Positions 1 to 10,530 of a stretch of 64,000 bases of DNA are shown piece after piece. The stretch covers positions 2,453 to 66,452 of the forward strand of contig CANTGH010000004.1 in assembly GCA_947653235.1 (NCBI GenBank), in the 5' to 3' direction. The position numbers were made by a program, and so were the translations under genes. How positions within the stretch are numbered: the stretch's first letter is position 1; each line of letters opens with the position of its first letter. Under the pieces are notes generated by a model that saw only the letters and a program-made list of their open reading frames with translations, was not told the origin of the DNA and made no database searches. Source of the DNA: an uncultured Clostridium sp. Its GTDB lineage: Bacteria; Bacillota; Clostridia; TANB77; CAG-508.

Positions 1-714
1 GTCTTTTCCTGGCTCATAACCTGCATGTTTAATCGCTTCTAAAATATACTTAAACGCTTCTTCTTCACTTTGCAAATCAGGTGCAAATCCTCCTTCGTCC
101 CCAACCGCTGTTGAATAGCCATTTACTTTCAAAATCTTCTTCAGTGCCTGATACACTTCCGCCCCCATTTGAATAGCTTGTTTGATATTTTGTGCACCAG
201 TTGGCATAATCATAAATTCCTGAATGTTGACATTGTTTCCTGCGTGCTTGCCACCATTTAAAATGTTCATCATCGGAATGGGTAGCATTTTAGCATTTAT
301 CCCACCAATATAATTGTACAATTGCAAGCCAAGCGATTCTGCGGCAGCCTTACAAACCGCCATCGAAACACCTAACGTGCTATTAGCGCCAAGTTTCGTT
401 TTGTTTTCTCCTGCCATGTTAATGAGTTCTTCATCAATTCGAATTTGATCATAGACATTCCTTCCTTCAATTTTTTTCGCGATTTTCTTATTGACATTAT
501 CTACTGCATTCAAAACACCTTTTCCATCAAAACGCTTTTCATCATTATCTCTTAACTCCAAAGCCTCAAAACTCCCTGTTGAAGCACCAGATGGAACAAT
601 TGCTTTTCCACAAAATCCACCTTCTGTCACCACTTCTACTTGGACCGTCGGATTTCCTCTCGAATCCAACACTTCCAAAGCCTTTACACTAACTATTTTT
701 AAACAATCTTTCAT
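1..714 (-). CDS. eno: Enolase, N-terminal ~238 aa; the gene runs off the window start.
   Basis: Minus-strand ATG at 712-714 with an AGGAGG RBS upstream. Translation reads [23 protein letters not shown]... and continues through ...[11 protein letters not shown], which is canonical enolase. Confidence 0.9.
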   Translation of the reverse strand, partial: MKDCLKIVSVKALEVLDSRGNPTVQVEVVTEGGFCGKAIVPSGASTGSFEALELRDNDEKRFDGKGVLNAVDNVNKKIAKKIEGRNVYDQIRIDEELINMAGENKTKLGANSTLGVSMAVCKAAAESLGLQLYNYIGGINAKMLPIPMMNILNGGKHAGNNVNIQEFMIMPTGAQNIKQAIQMGAEVYQALKKILKVNGYSTAVGDEGGFAPDLQSEEEAFKYILEAIKHAGYEPGKD

Positions 715-813
715 ATTTACCTCCTAAAATCCTTTTGCCAAATAGTATTTCCAGAATTTAGAAACCTATGCAAAAAGCCTGCTATGTTTTACCACAACAG
801 ACTTTTTTCGTTC

Positions 814-1104
814 TTACCACCACAATTTTATCCAGATTACTCTGGCTTTGCGGTTAGCTGAAAGGTTTTCCACTTCATGTTCACCATTTCGACAAATGAT
901 GAACAAGTGCCGATTTTTGTTAAAATACACGTTCATTGAAAGCGTAAAATAAATCTCACAGTGTTTCATGCCATTTTTGTCATAATGTCCATGCTTTTCG
1001 ATTTTTGACCATGGATACAAAATTAAGCTTCCAAACTCCACTCTTCTCGTAGTTCGGTCGCAATTGCCCCGCTCCATGACCTGACTATTCAGACAATCCC
1101 TCAT
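814..1104 (-). CDS. Hypothetical small protein (96 aa).
   Basis: ORF with an AGGAGG RBS 7 nt upstream of the ATG. No recognisable family. Confidence 0.45.
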   Translation of the reverse strand: MRDCLNSQVMERGNCDRTTRRVEFGSLILYPWSKIEKHGHYDKNGMKHCEIYFTLSMNVYFNKNRHLFIICRNGEHEVENLSANRKARVIWIKLWW

Positions 1105-1207
1105 AGACTGGCCTCCTTTCTAAGTTTTGATAAATCCATTATACCATTTTTTATGTAAAATGTCAAATTTTCTCTTCTTTTCATATCCTATGAAAAAGGA
1201 GGTTTTT

Positions 1208-2245
1208 ATGAAAAAGATTTTTTGTTTGACACTTTTAGTCCTGACCCTTTTATCTCTTCCCCTTTCTTGTTTGGCTGCTAGCCATCCTGGAATGGATGTA
1301 AGCGATTGGCAGGGCTATATTGATTACACCCAAGTTAAAAATGCTGGCATTGAAATTGTCTATATTAAGGCAAGTCAAGGAAATTCTATTGTTGACAGCC
1401 ATTTTCGTACCAATTATGAAAATGCTAAAGCCAATGGGCTAAAAATTGGGTTATATCATTTTTTAACAGCCAGAAGCGTACCTGAAGCAGAACAACAAGC
1501 ACAATATTTTGCTTCCGTCATTTCTGGAACTTCGCCAGATTGCAAACTTGCGATGGATTTTGAAGTATTTGGAAATTTGACAGTGGAGGAAATTAACCAA
1601 ATCTCGCTTGCTTTTTTGCAAAAAGTGCAAGCTTTAACTGGCAAAGAAGTCATTGTTTACAGCGATGCTTCCAATGCCGCTAATACCTTTCAACGCCAAA
1701 TTGCCGATACGTATCCACTTTGGGTAGCCGAATATGGCGTTACTACACCCAAAACTGGTAATTGGGCTTCTTACGAAGGATTTCAATATAATGATCGAGG
1801 AACCGTACCAGGTATTCAAGGTTATGTGGATATGGATACCTTTACCGACAATATTTTTCTAACTTCTGGTGATACAATTGCAACACCTGAAAATACGACA
1901 AATAATGTCGAAACTTATACTGTGCAACCTGGAAATACCTTGAGCCAAATTGCCACTCAATATGGCACAACTGTTTCTGAAATTGCAGGTTTGAATGGTA
2001 TTTCAAACCCCAATTTGATTTACGTAGGTCAAGTATTGAAAATCGATACAACAAACGACATTTCTGTTGTAAACAGCGATAAATACGAAACCAACCATAT
2101 TGTTTACACCGTTCAAACTGGTGATACCTTAACTTCCATTTCACAAAAATACGATGTTCCGATTCGCTGTATTGTTCAATTGAACGACATTGCTAATCCG
2201 AATTTAATTTATGCAGGCGAGCGTTTACGCCTTGATTTAAACTAA
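1208..2245 (+). CDS. Secreted GH25 lysozyme/muramidase with two C-terminal LysM domains.
   Basis: RBS AAAAAGGAGG precedes ATG 1208. The N-terminus has a signal peptide. The core is GH25-like (DVSDWQG..., IVYIKASQG, GLYHF). Two LysM repeats are present (YTVQPGNTLSQIA... and YTVQTGDTLTSIS...). Confidence 0.85.
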   Translation: MKKIFCLTLLVLTLLSLPLSCLAASHPGMDVSDWQGYIDYTQVKNAGIEIVYIKASQGNSIVDSHFRTNYENAKANGLKIGLYHFLTARSVPEAEQQAQYFASVISGTSPDCKLAMDFEVFGNLTVEEINQISLAFLQKVQALTGKEVIVYSDASNAANTFQRQIADTYPLWVAEYGVTTPKTGNWASYEGFQYNDRGTVPGIQGYVDMDTFTDNIFLTSGDTIATPENTTNNVETYTVQPGNTLSQIATQYGTTVSEIAGLNGISNPNLIYVGQVLKIDTTNDISVVNSDKYETNHIVYTVQTGDTLTSISQKYDVPIRCIVQLNDIANPNLIYAGERLRLDLN

Positions 2246-2270
2246 ACTTTATAAGCAGGCAAATGCCTGC

Positions 2271-2774
2271 TTATATTTCTAATTTATTTCGAATAAAATC
2301 TCTAACATATTCCCAACGTTCTTCTATAAATTCTCCCTTTTCAACAAAAGTTTGCACTTCCTCATAAGTGACCCATTTTACATCACAAACTTCTTCTGGT
2401 TGCATAACGATGTCCTTTAAGTCTACTTCTTGTCTGACAAAATATTCATCTAGCCATACATTACCTGTTTTATAACACGTCATGAGTTGCAAATCTTGGA
2501 CATTTAGCGTAATCCCTAATTCTTCTTTTACTTCTCTTTCAATCGTTTGCAAACTGGTTTCTCCTTTTAGGTTGGAACCACCTGTCATAGCCCATACGTT
2601 TGGGGAATTTCTTTTGTTCCGCGAACGCTTTTGAATCAGAATTTCATTTTTCGCATTTACTATCCAAACATCCACCCCCAAATGATAATAGCCTTCTGGA
2701 AAAGGCGTTCCTCTTTCAAAGATTTTTCCTGTTTTATTTCCGTTTTCATCTAATAAATCCCATATTTCTCGCAT
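2271..2774 (-). CDS. NUDIX hydrolase.
   Basis: Nudix box GGSNLKGETSLQTIEREVKEELG. RBS AAAAGGAGG precedes the MREIWDLL start. Contains an in-frame CGG Arg codon at 2619-2621. Confidence 0.8.
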   Translation of the reverse strand: MREIWDLLDENGNKTGKIFERGTPFPEGYYHLGVDVWIVNAKNEILIQKRSRNKRNSPNVWAMTGGSNLKGETSLQTIEREVKEELGITLNVQDLQLMTCYKTGNVWLDEYFVRQEVDLKDIVMQPEEVCDVKWVTYEEVQTFVEKGEFIEERWEYVRDFIRNKLEI

Positions 2775-2876
2775 AATTTTTCCTCCTTTTATGTGAATTA
2801 TACTATAAAAAGTGGGATGGTGCAAGAAGCAAAAAATCTAAGCAAAAAGAACCTCTTACGAGGTTCTTTTTGCTTA

Positions 2877-3581
2877 TCAGAAGGCTCCTATAATAATAAT
2901 CTGTGAAGTATTTCGCAAAATGCAATCCATCATTTCATCACCATATTTCCAGAACGTCATCATAAATAATACTACTCTTTCATCATAAGAGAACGGTTCC
3001 ATGGTTTTAGTCGCTATCGTGGCAGCCTCTTGAATGGTCTTTTTGTATTTGCCATGCAAAAATTGAATCAGCTTTGCCCAATTGCAAACATATTCGACAA
3101 ATTCTGGATCACCCTGTTCTTCGACAATTTTTTCAAACTCCTGTCGAGATATTTCTGGTCTGAGCAAAAATTCCATTGAAGCAATAATGTCCTTCGCATT
3201 TTTGAGGTCATCCTCCAGTTGTTGCTGCTTTTTTCTTACCTCAAATCGATAGGCCTCTCTCCATTTTTCGCAGATTTCTTCAGAAGTGTCTTTTGTACTT
3301 ACCAAAACTTTCACTCCCTGAAGTTCGAACTCCACCGCTTTTACTTTTTCTCCTTCTTTCGGGAAAATAACTTCCAGCACTAGTGGAAAATTGGAACTCG
3401 GATGAAAACACCCTGCCAGCATACTGGCAAAATACTGCAAACAATTGGTTGTAGGTTCAATTTCCACAACACCTTCTTTAAAACCTTTTACAAACATTCT
3501 CTCAGTCAAGAAATTGTCTGTCCAGAAGATTTGCACTCCGTCTGATTTCCGTCTTTCTACCAATTTTACTTGTGTTATCAT
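2877..3581 (-). CDS. Hypothetical protein (234 aa).
   Basis: Long ORF with RBS AAAGGAGAAAAAAATATG. No family recognised. Confidence 0.55.
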   Translation of the reverse strand: MITQVKLVERRKSDGVQIFWTDNFLTERMFVKGFKEGVVEIEPTTNCLQYFASMLAGCFHPSSNFPLVLEVIFPKEGEKVKAVEFELQGVKVLVSTKDTSEEICEKWREAYRFEVRKKQQQLEDDLKNAKDIIASMEFLLRPEISRQEFEKIVEEQGDPEFVEYVCNWAKLIQFLHGKYKKTIQEAATIATKTMEPFSYDERVVLFMMTFWKYGDEMMDCILRNTSQIIIIGAF

Positions 3582-3682
3582 ATTTTTTTCTCCTTTGGTT
3601 TTTGCTAATTTTTTGGGATATTTTAATTGTATCATATTTTACATAAAATGTCAATCCTAATGTATAGAATTATGTATATCAT

Positions 3683-3714
3683 AAAACCCTCACAGAAAAT
3701 TTTGTGAGGGTTTT
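3683..3714. terminator. Bidirectional rho-independent terminator.
   Basis: Perfect inverted repeat AAAACCCTCACAG-aaaatt-TTGTGAGGGTTTT, flanked by T/A-rich sequence. Confidence 0.6.
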
Positions 3715-3858
3715 ATCATTCTTGATTATTTTTCATAATTTTACTAACGCAAATTTAACAAAACTAAGGCTTATAGCTCTTAATCTACTTTTATTATACC
3801 ATATTTTGCACAAAAAGTCAATATTTTATGTATGGTGCAGAAATTGACATTTTTAATA

Positions 3859-4608
3859 CTACTTCTTTTTCCAATTTAAAATTTGATTATTCGTCAATTC
3901 TCCATCTTCTTCTATTTCAATAATATCTTGCAACACTCTTTTTTTCCTAAAAATACGACTTTTTAATGTCTCTGTTGGTGTATCCTCTCTTTCAGACTGC
4001 GCTAATGCTTCTTCTACCGATAATGTTTTTTCAAAGTCGACAATGTTTCTTACTGGTTCAGAATACATCCCTTCTAAATAAGTATCTGTTTTGGGCAATT
4101 CATTTTGAGTTTCAAATTCTTGATAACGACGAATAATATTTCTATCTTTTCTTCCCAGTAGTCTCAAATTTGGTTTTAAATAAAGATAGCGCCAAATAAC
4201 ATGTCTTTCATAGGAATTAAATTGAGATTGGGTTAAATCCTCGTAATCATATTCGACTTTAAATTGAAAATTCTCAATGGAAATTGTCAAATTAGTCCAT
4301 TCTTTATGGTGTTTGCTTCTCCAAATTTGCCTTAATTTTTTTAAGATAGCATATAAATCAGCAATTAATTTGGCATATTCTTCTTCATCAATATTAAAGG
4401 CATTTGGTATTTCATAACAGTTCACTGGTTTTTTCTTAATAATTCCTTTGGGAAAATAGTAAAAATACATTTCTCCCATTGGTCTTTGGTTGGGCATATC
4501 TATCATAGAAGCATATAAATATACACTTTCCCATTTTTCTGGTATAATATAAAATAGTTTTTTTTGTATTTGTGCATAAATTTGTTTTTCTTCTGATAAG
4601 CTTACCAT
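3859..4608 (-). CDS. DUF600/YezG-like immunity-protein family N-domain with a C-terminal extension.
   Basis: Pattern IIPEKWESVYLYASMID...EMYFYY...EWTNLTISIENFQFKVEYDYEDL...YERHVIWRYLYL resembles DUF600 antitoxin/immunity proteins of LXG toxin systems. Confidence 0.55.
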   Translation of the reverse strand: MVSLSEEKQIYAQIQKKLFYIIPEKWESVYLYASMIDMPNQRPMGEMYFYYFPKGIIKKKPVNCYEIPNAFNIDEEEYAKLIADLYAILKKLRQIWRSKHHKEWTNLTISIENFQFKVEYDYEDLTQSQFNSYERHVIWRYLYLKPNLRLLGRKDRNIIRRYQEFETQNELPKTDTYLEGMYSEPVRNIVDFEKTLSVEEALAQSEREDTPTETLKSRIFRKKRVLQDIIEIEEDGELTNNQILNWKKK

Positions 4609-4628
4609 ATATTTCTCCTATGTTTATT

Positions 4629-6164
4629 TTACTTCTTCTCTAACAAACTTTCGCCAGTCATTTCTTCTGGTTTATCTAGTCCCATTAAATCAAGCATAGT
4701 TGGAGCTAGATCAGCTAATCTTCCTTCTTTGACTTTTCGATTTCCGATGCCAACAATCGCAAGTGGTACAGGATTGGTTGTGTGTGCTGTGTGAGGTTCA
4801 CCAGTTTTGTAATCAATCATTTGCTCTGCATTTCCATGATCAGCCGTAATCAGCAAGGTTCCATTTACACTTTCAACTGCTTCTACTACTTTACTAACAC
4901 ATTCATCAATGGTTTCTAAAGCTTTTGCCGCAGCTTCAATATTGCCAGTATGACCTACCATATCTGGATTTGCATAATTTAAAATAATGCAATCGTATTT
5001 TTTAGACTGGATGGCATCTACTACTTTTTCGGTTACCTCGTAAGCACTCATTTCTGGCTTTTTATCATAGGTTTCCACTTTTGGAGATGGCACTAAAATG
5101 CGGTCTTCTCCAGGATATTGTTTTTCTTCTCCACCATTAAAGAAAAAGGTCACATGGGCATATTTTTCTGTTTCTGCAATACGAAGTTGGGTCATGCCTT
5201 TTTGGCTGATATATTCTCCAAATGTATTGTGAATTTCATCTTTTCGAAAGGCAATTTCTACGTTTGGCATGGTTTCATCATAAGGTGTCATACACACAAA
5301 GAATGTGTTTATTTTTTCGCTTTTAAAACCATCAAAGTTTTGGTCAACAATGCTTCTGGTGATTTCTCTAGCACGATCTGGTCTAAAGTTGAAGAAAATG
5401 ATGGAATCGTTTTCTTCGATTTTAGCAATTGGTTCCCCACTTTTGTTGGTGATAACCGTTGGAAGTACAAATTCATCAAATACTTCTTTTTGATAAGATT
5501 CTTCAATGGCACTGGTTGCACTTGAGGCTTTTTCCCCTTCTCCACGCACCATAGCTTGATAAGCCTTTTCCACTCTTTCCCAACGTTTATCTCGATCCAT
5601 GGCATAAAATCTACCAGAAATTGTGGCAATTTCGCCAATGCCTTTTTCTTTCATTTTATTTTCTAATTCTGCAATATAGCCTTCTCCTGAAGCTGGTGGT
5701 GTATCACGACCATCTAAAAAGCAGTGTACATACACATTTTCAAAATCTTTTCGCTTTGCCATTTCAAGCAACCCAAATAAATGTCTGATATGACTATGAA
5801 CGCCACCATCTGACAACAATCCCATGATGTGTAATTTGGAATTATGTTTTTTGCAATTTTCAATGGCAGACACAAATTCTGGTTTGCTAAAAAAATCGCC
5901 ATCTTCAATGGATTTGGTGATTTTGGCCAAATCTTGATAAATAATTCTTCCTGCTCCAATATTGGTGTGACCCACTTCGGAATTTCCCATTTGTCCTTCT
6001 GGCAAACCAACATCGGCTCCACTTGTGTGAAGTACTGTGTTTGGGTTTTCGGTTAAGATTCGGTTTAGATTTGGAATATTGGCCATTTTGACAGCATTTC
6101 CTTCTTCTTTTTCATTCATTCCAAAACCATCTAATATCATTAGCATTGTTAATTTTTTGTCCAT
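4629..6164 (-). CDS. gpmI: 2,3-bisphosphoglycerate-independent phosphoglycerate mutase.
   Basis: Full-length iPGM (511 aa) with conserved blocks ([20 protein letters not shown]). Confidence 0.95.
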   Translation of the reverse strand: MDKKLTMLMILDGFGMNEKEEGNAVKMANIPNLNRILTENPNTVLHTSGADVGLPEGQMGNSEVGHTNIGAGRIIYQDLAKITKSIEDGDFFSKPEFVSAIENCKKHNSKLHIMGLLSDGGVHSHIRHLFGLLEMAKRKDFENVYVHCFLDGRDTPPASGEGYIAELENKMKEKGIGEIATISGRFYAMDRDKRWERVEKAYQAMVRGEGEKASSATSAIEESYQKEVFDEFVLPTVITNKSGEPIAKIEENDSIIFFNFRPDRAREITRSIVDQNFDGFKSEKINTFFVCMTPYDETMPNVEIAFRKDEIHNTFGEYISQKGMTQLRIAETEKYAHVTFFFNGGEEKQYPGEDRILVPSPKVETYDKKPEMSAYEVTEKVVDAIQSKKYDCIILNYANPDMVGHTGNIEAAAKALETIDECVSKVVEAVESVNGTLLITADHGNAEQMIDYKTGEPHTAHTTNPVPLAIVGIGNRKVKEGRLADLAPTMLDLMGLDKPEEMTGESLLEKK

Positions 6165-6200
6165 TTTTCTTACTCCTTTTTTTAACTTCCTTTTATTATC

Positions 6201-6950
6201 TTATTCAAAATTTACAATTTTTGCGAATTCCTCTGGTTTTAAACTTGCGCCTCCTACTAAGCCACCATCGATGTCTGACATAGAAAACAATTCTTTGGCA
6301 TTGGAAGATTTCACACTTCCGCCATATTGAATAATTACTTCGTCTGCAACTTCGGTTCCATAGTTTTGAGCAATTTCTTGACGAATTTGTTGTATGCTGG
6401 AATTAGCATCTTCGGATGTTGCCGTTTTTCCTGTGCCAATCGCCCAAATTGGCTCATAGGCTATGATTGTATTTTGGACTTGCTCTTTGGTTAATCCTGC
6501 TAACGCAAGTCGGGTTTGATTGGTAATGATTTCGGCTGTTTGACCAGCTTCTCTTTGTTCTAAAGTTTCACCAACACACACAATTGGTTTTAAATTATTT
6601 TCAAAAGCTGCTTTGATTTTTTGATTGACTGTTTGGTCAGTTTCTGCAAAATATTGTCTTCTTTCGGAATGTCCGATAATCACATATTGGACACCAATGG
6701 ATTGCAACATTTTCCCTGAAACTTCGCCTGTATAGGCTCCATTTTCTGCCCAATGCATATTTTGAGCACCAATTTTGATGTTGGTTCCTTGTGCACTATT
6801 TAGGCAATAGAATAAATCGGTGTAAGGCACACACAAAATCACTTCATGAGGCGTGTCTTTGACCAAATTTTCGAAAGTTTGAATGTATTCGATTGCTTCA
6901 TTAGGAAGCATATTCATTTTCCAGTTTCCTGCGATTACTTTTTTACGCAT
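6201..6950 (-). CDS. tpiA: Triosephosphate isomerase.
   Basis: MRKKVIAGNWKMN...IGHSERR...GGASLKPEEF. Confidence 0.95.
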   Translation of the reverse strand: MRKKVIAGNWKMNMLPNEAIEYIQTFENLVKDTPHEVILCVPYTDLFYCLNSAQGTNIKIGAQNMHWAENGAYTGEVSGKMLQSIGVQYVIIGHSERRQYFAETDQTVNQKIKAAFENNLKPIVCVGETLEQREAGQTAEIITNQTRLALAGLTKEQVQNTIIAYEPIWAIGTGKTATSEDANSSIQQIRQEIAQNYGTEVADEVIIQYGGSVKSSNAKELFSMSDIDGGLVGGASLKPEEFAKIVNFE

Positions 6951-7507
6951 TATTTTTCCTCCTTTTTTTTATTTTGTAATTCTTCAAGAATTTTATAAAA
7001 ATATTCTTGAAAAAAAATTTTTGTAAATTGTGTTTCGTATTTATCTTTATTTTTACATATTTCTTTCATTTCGTCAATTGTAAAATAACGAACTTCTGCA
7101 ACTTCGGTTTTTTGTAGAATAAATTCGTTCACTTCTAAATCCGTTTTCAATAAAAAGAGATTGTCAAACTTATGATTGATATGTTTTCCTCGACTTCGCA
7201 TTGTTTTTTCCACAGCAAGCAGTTTAAAATCCTCTTGGCTTAGATTTTTTATGCCCAATTCCTCTTCAGTTTCTCTTAATGCTGCTTGGCGTTCATTTTC
7301 TCCGCTAGTTACATGACCTGCTGTTAAACTCCACAAATTGGGAGCAACTTTTGTCATTCCTCTTTTTTGCAGTAACAACTGTCCTTTTGAATTTACTATA
7401 ATAACTGTAATTTCTCTATGCCATAATCCTTTTTGGTGCACTTCTTCTCTATCGCATATTTCACCTGTTAATTCGTTATTTTCATTAACAATATCGATTA
7501 ATTCCAT
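6950..7507 (-). CDS. NUDIX hydrolase.
   Basis: Nudix box GHVTSGENERQAALRETEEELG. RBS AAAGGGAGAAAAAATG. Its stop overlaps the tpiA start. Confidence 0.8.
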   Translation of the reverse strand: MELIDIVNENNELTGEICDREEVHQKGLWHREITVIIVNSKGQLLLQKRGMTKVAPNLWSLTAGHVTSGENERQAALRETEEELGIKNLSQEDFKLLAVEKTMRSRGKHINHKFDNLFLLKTDLEVNEFILQKTEVAEVRYFTIDEMKEICKNKDKYETQFTKIFFQEYFYKILEELQNKKKEEK

Positions 7508-7518
7508 TTTTTCTCCCT

Positions 7519-8016
7519 TTATTTTTCCAATATCTCTTTTACATCTGAAATCTTGCAAAGCTGTGCATTTTTATAGCGACTATCCCATGTTACTTCTTTT
7601 CCAAACCAATTGGGTGCCACAAACTGACTAGCCATTTCTTCGGTTGGAAATTCCACTTCCACATTCATAAATCCCTTTAGAAATCCGCCATATATATCTA
7701 GTTCAGCTACCAAACCGTTTTCAAGAGGAAGAAAATAGCGTTCTTTTTCAATCATTCTGCCATCAATTTTGGTTTTTAAATGTTGGTAGGCCTCTTCCGT
7801 TAATGGCAATTCCACCTCTTTGGAAATACTAGCCACATTTAATTTCGTTTTTTGTTTGAATTTATAACATAAAATATAGTCTTCTTCATATTTTCGAATG
7901 CGTAATGTTGGTGTTGCAACTGTGTTTAAATAGCCTTGCTCGATGCTTACTTTTTTGTAATTTTCTAAATTTTCTGGTAATTCTTTTATTAAAAATTTTT
8001 TTTCAATTTCGTTCAT
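7519..8016 (-). CDS. CYTH-domain (triphosphate tunnel metalloenzyme) protein.
   Basis: N-terminal EIEKKFLI motif and overall length are typical of CYTH/CyaB-ThTPase proteins. Confidence 0.75.
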   Translation of the reverse strand: MNEIEKKFLIKELPENLENYKKVSIEQGYLNTVATPTLRIRKYEEDYILCYKFKQKTKLNVASISKEVELPLTEEAYQHLKTKIDGRMIEKERYFLPLENGLVAELDIYGGFLKGFMNVEVEFPTEEMASQFVAPNWFGKEVTWDSRYKNAQLCKISDVKEILEK

Positions 8017-8569
8017 TTACATTCCCTTTATTTTGGACAATTTCCATTATTTTTTCATAAGATTTTCTTGTGTAATCATTGATTAAGAGTTGATCAAATT
8101 GTTTTTGTAAATCCAAATTTTGGTTGTATTCTTGAATGTGTTCTTTCATTTCTTGCCACCTTTTTTGGAAAATTTCTTCTGGTAAATTTCTTTTTTGCAA
8201 TTCTAATTTGGCTTGATTTATATCCTGTGGAAGAATATAAATGGAAAATAAGTTGGGAACCCATTTTTTGAGCTCATAAATGGTGGGATAATACACTTCT
8301 GTTACTTGATTTTCTAGTGCTTGTAAGTGTTCTGTTCGATAACCATAATGATTCCCCAAAAATTCAAAGTTCACTTGTGTAATGCCATCTTGTTTCATTT
8401 TTTCAAATTCTTTGTCGGTGACAAATTCTTTATCAATTCCAGCAATTTCTCCCTGCCTTTTTGGTCTTGTCGTCACAATTGGCAGGTTTTTGAAGCCTAA
8501 TTCCTGTACAATTCGATTTTTAAAAAACGATTTCCCAGCGCCAGTTACGCCGACTAATGCAATTAACAT
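8003..8569 (-). CDS. Guanylate-kinase-like P-loop kinase (paralog, not the housekeeping gmk).
   Basis: Walker A GVTGAGKS followed by a TTRPKRQGEIAGIDKEFV guanylate-kinase signature. Confidence 0.75.
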   Translation of the reverse strand: MLIALVGVTGAGKSFFKNRIVQELGFKNLPIVTTRPKRQGEIAGIDKEFVTDKEFEKMKQDGITQVNFEFLGNHYGYRTEHLQALENQVTEVYYPTIYELKKWVPNLFSIYILPQDINQAKLELQKRNLPEEIFQKRWQEMKEHIQEYNQNLDLQKQFDQLLINDYTRKSYEKIMEIVQNKGNVNERN

Positions 8570-9171
8570 TTTACTTTTTCTTCCTTTCTCTTTCTAGAAA
8601 ACATGTAATCTTTTAAATTTACAAATATGCTATCATATTGTGGTTTCAAAGCTTCTTCATATGGCATACGTGTCATACTATTTTGTATAAATCCTATCGT
8701 ATCGGTATAATCTAAAAAACCTTTGTTAATCGCTTCTTTATGATCTATTTTTATTTGCTCTATATCTCTTAGCATCAAAGCATACATGCTTACAATTGCT
8801 TTTAAAGGTTTTCGGTTTGTTTCATCTAAAAGAGTTGTGTAATCCACTTTAATTTTTCCTAAATAATGCAAGTTTCTTGAATCGTTTTCACCAATTGAAA
8901 CTTCTTCTCCTAATTCGCGTACCATCCCTTGAAGTGGAATTTCACCAGACCTTATATGACCAGAAACTAAATCCAATTTTCCTGGATCCAAAAAACGTTT
9001 TCCTCTTTTAGTAAATAAAATTTTCTTATTTTCACTATCTATTACGAAACACGAAGCACATTTTATCCATGGAATGTCTTTCTCTGCACATGTTAAATTA
9101 TAGTATTCTTTTTTGGATATTGTCCCTACTTTTTCTTCTTGTGCCGTAAATATATCTACCATTTCTACCAC
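8563..9171 (-). CDS. NUDIX hydrolase.
   Basis: Nudix box GHIRSGEIPLQGMVRELGEEV. Confidence 0.75.
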   Translation of the reverse strand: MVEMVDIFTAQEEKVGTISKKEYYNLTCAEKDIPWIKCASCFVIDSENKKILFTKRGKRFLDPGKLDLVSGHIRSGEIPLQGMVRELGEEVSIGENDSRNLHYLGKIKVDYTTLLDETNRKPLKAIVSMYALMLRDIEQIKIDHKEAINKGFLDYTDTIGFIQNSMTRMPYEEALKPQYDSIFVNLKDYMFSRKRKEEKVKC

Positions 9172-9269
9172 TTTTTATTCTCCCTTTCTGATTACCTTAA
9201 TATATTATCTTTGGTTTTCCCACTCTCTTTCGTAAACAATATTAAGAAAATAAAAATGAATTAACTTAA

Positions 9270-10454
9270 TTAAATATCTTGTAAAGCCTCAATCCCTGGT
9301 AATTTCTTTCCTTCTAGAAATTCTAGTGAAGCTCCTCCACCCGTTGAAATATGGGTGAATTTTTCAGCTAAACCAGCTTTTTCAACAGCTGCTGCAGAAT
9401 CTCCTCCACCAATGATTTTAACTGCATCTATCTCTGCCAATGTTTGTGCTATAGCATTGGTTCCAACTGCAAATTGCTCAAATTCAAACAAGCCAAGTGG
9501 TCCATTCCATACAACCGTTTTAGCATTTTTTAATTCTTGTGCATACATTTGAATGGTTTCTTCGCCAATATCAAATCCTTCCCAACCATCTGGTATTTCC
9601 GTGTATTTGACGGTTTTGCTCTCAGTATCTGCTGAAAATTCTTTTCCAATTTTGGTATCAACTGGTAGTAACAATTTTACCCCTTTGTCTTTGGCTTTTT
9701 GCATCAATTCTTGGGCTAAATCCAGTTTGTCTTCTTCGCAAATGGAAGTTCCTACATTGTACCCCATGGATTTGAAAAAAGTATATGCCATTGCTCCACC
9801 GATTAGCAAAGTGTCAACTTTTTCTAGCAAACTATTGATGACACCAATTTTATCAGAAACTTTTTTTCCACCTAAAATTGCAACAAATGGTCTTTCAGGA
9901 TTTTCTAAAGTAGTTCCTAAAAAGTTCAATTCTTTTTCAATTAGAAATCCAGATACAGCTGGCAAAAAGCTTGCAACACCTGTGGTTGAACTATGGGCTC
10001 TGTGTGCAGTCCCAAATGCATCGTTGACAAAAATTTCTGCTAAAGAAGCAAATTTTTTGGATAATTCTTCGTCGTTTTTCTCTTCACCTGGTTCAAAACG
10101 AACATTTTCAAGAAGCATGACTTCTCCTGCTTTTAACTCTTGCGCCAATTTTTGCGCATTCTCACCAACAACATCTTGGCTTAGTTTGACCTCTTGACCT
10201 AATAATTTAGAAAGTTCTTTGGCAACAATATCCATTGAAAATTCTGGCTTTACTTCTCCTTTTGGACGTCCTAAATGAGAACATAAAATCACTTTACAGC
10301 CTTTTTCGATTAAAGCTTGAATGGTTGGCAATGCAGCAACAATTCTTCGGTTGTCTGTGATGTTTCTGTTTTCGTCATATGGAACATTGAAATCACATCT
10401 GACTAATACTTTTTTGTTTTGGATATCAATGTCTTGGATTGTTTTTTTATTCAT
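9270..10454 (-). CDS. pgk: Phosphoglycerate kinase.
   Basis: Full-length PGK (394 aa) starting [25 protein letters not shown]. Confidence 0.95.
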   Translation of the reverse strand: MNKKTIQDIDIQNKKVLVRCDFNVPYDENRNITDNRRIVAALPTIQALIEKGCKVILCSHLGRPKGEVKPEFSMDIVAKELSKLLGQEVKLSQDVVGENAQKLAQELKAGEVMLLENVRFEPGEEKNDEELSKKFASLAEIFVNDAFGTAHRAHSSTTGVASFLPAVSGFLIEKELNFLGTTLENPERPFVAILGGKKVSDKIGVINSLLEKVDTLLIGGAMAYTFFKSMGYNVGTSICEEDKLDLAQELMQKAKDKGVKLLLPVDTKIGKEFSADTESKTVKYTEIPDGWEGFDIGEETIQMYAQELKNAKTVVWNGPLGLFEFEQFAVGTNAIAQTLAEIDAVKIIGGGDSAAAVEKAGLAEKFTHISTGGGASLEFLEGKKLPGIEALQDI

Positions 10455-10489
10455 ATTTCTTCTCCTTTATCTTAAAATGACATAAGGAC

Positions 10490-10511
10490 AGGGGTGGAAC
10501 CCTGCCCCTAC
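10490..10511. promoter_or_regulatory. GC-rich hairpin motif, copy A (AGGGGTGGAACCCTGCCCCTAC), in the gap-pgk intergenic region.
   Basis: A 22-nt motif with stem CAGGG/CCCTG, recurring at 36570-36591. It lies ~35 nt upstream of the pgk start codon. Confidence 0.4.
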
Positions 10512-10530
10512 ATGTTTTGTTTGGCACGTT

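Noticed and set aside
9553-10197. Plus-strand ORFs embedded antisense in pgk, gap, copA, sufS, the kinase and similar genes (for example 9553..10197 and 23285..23698).
   Set aside because: They lie wholly inside well-supported minus-strand genes, lack RBSs and have Ser/Pro/Thr-rich antisense-type composition. They are chance ORFs.
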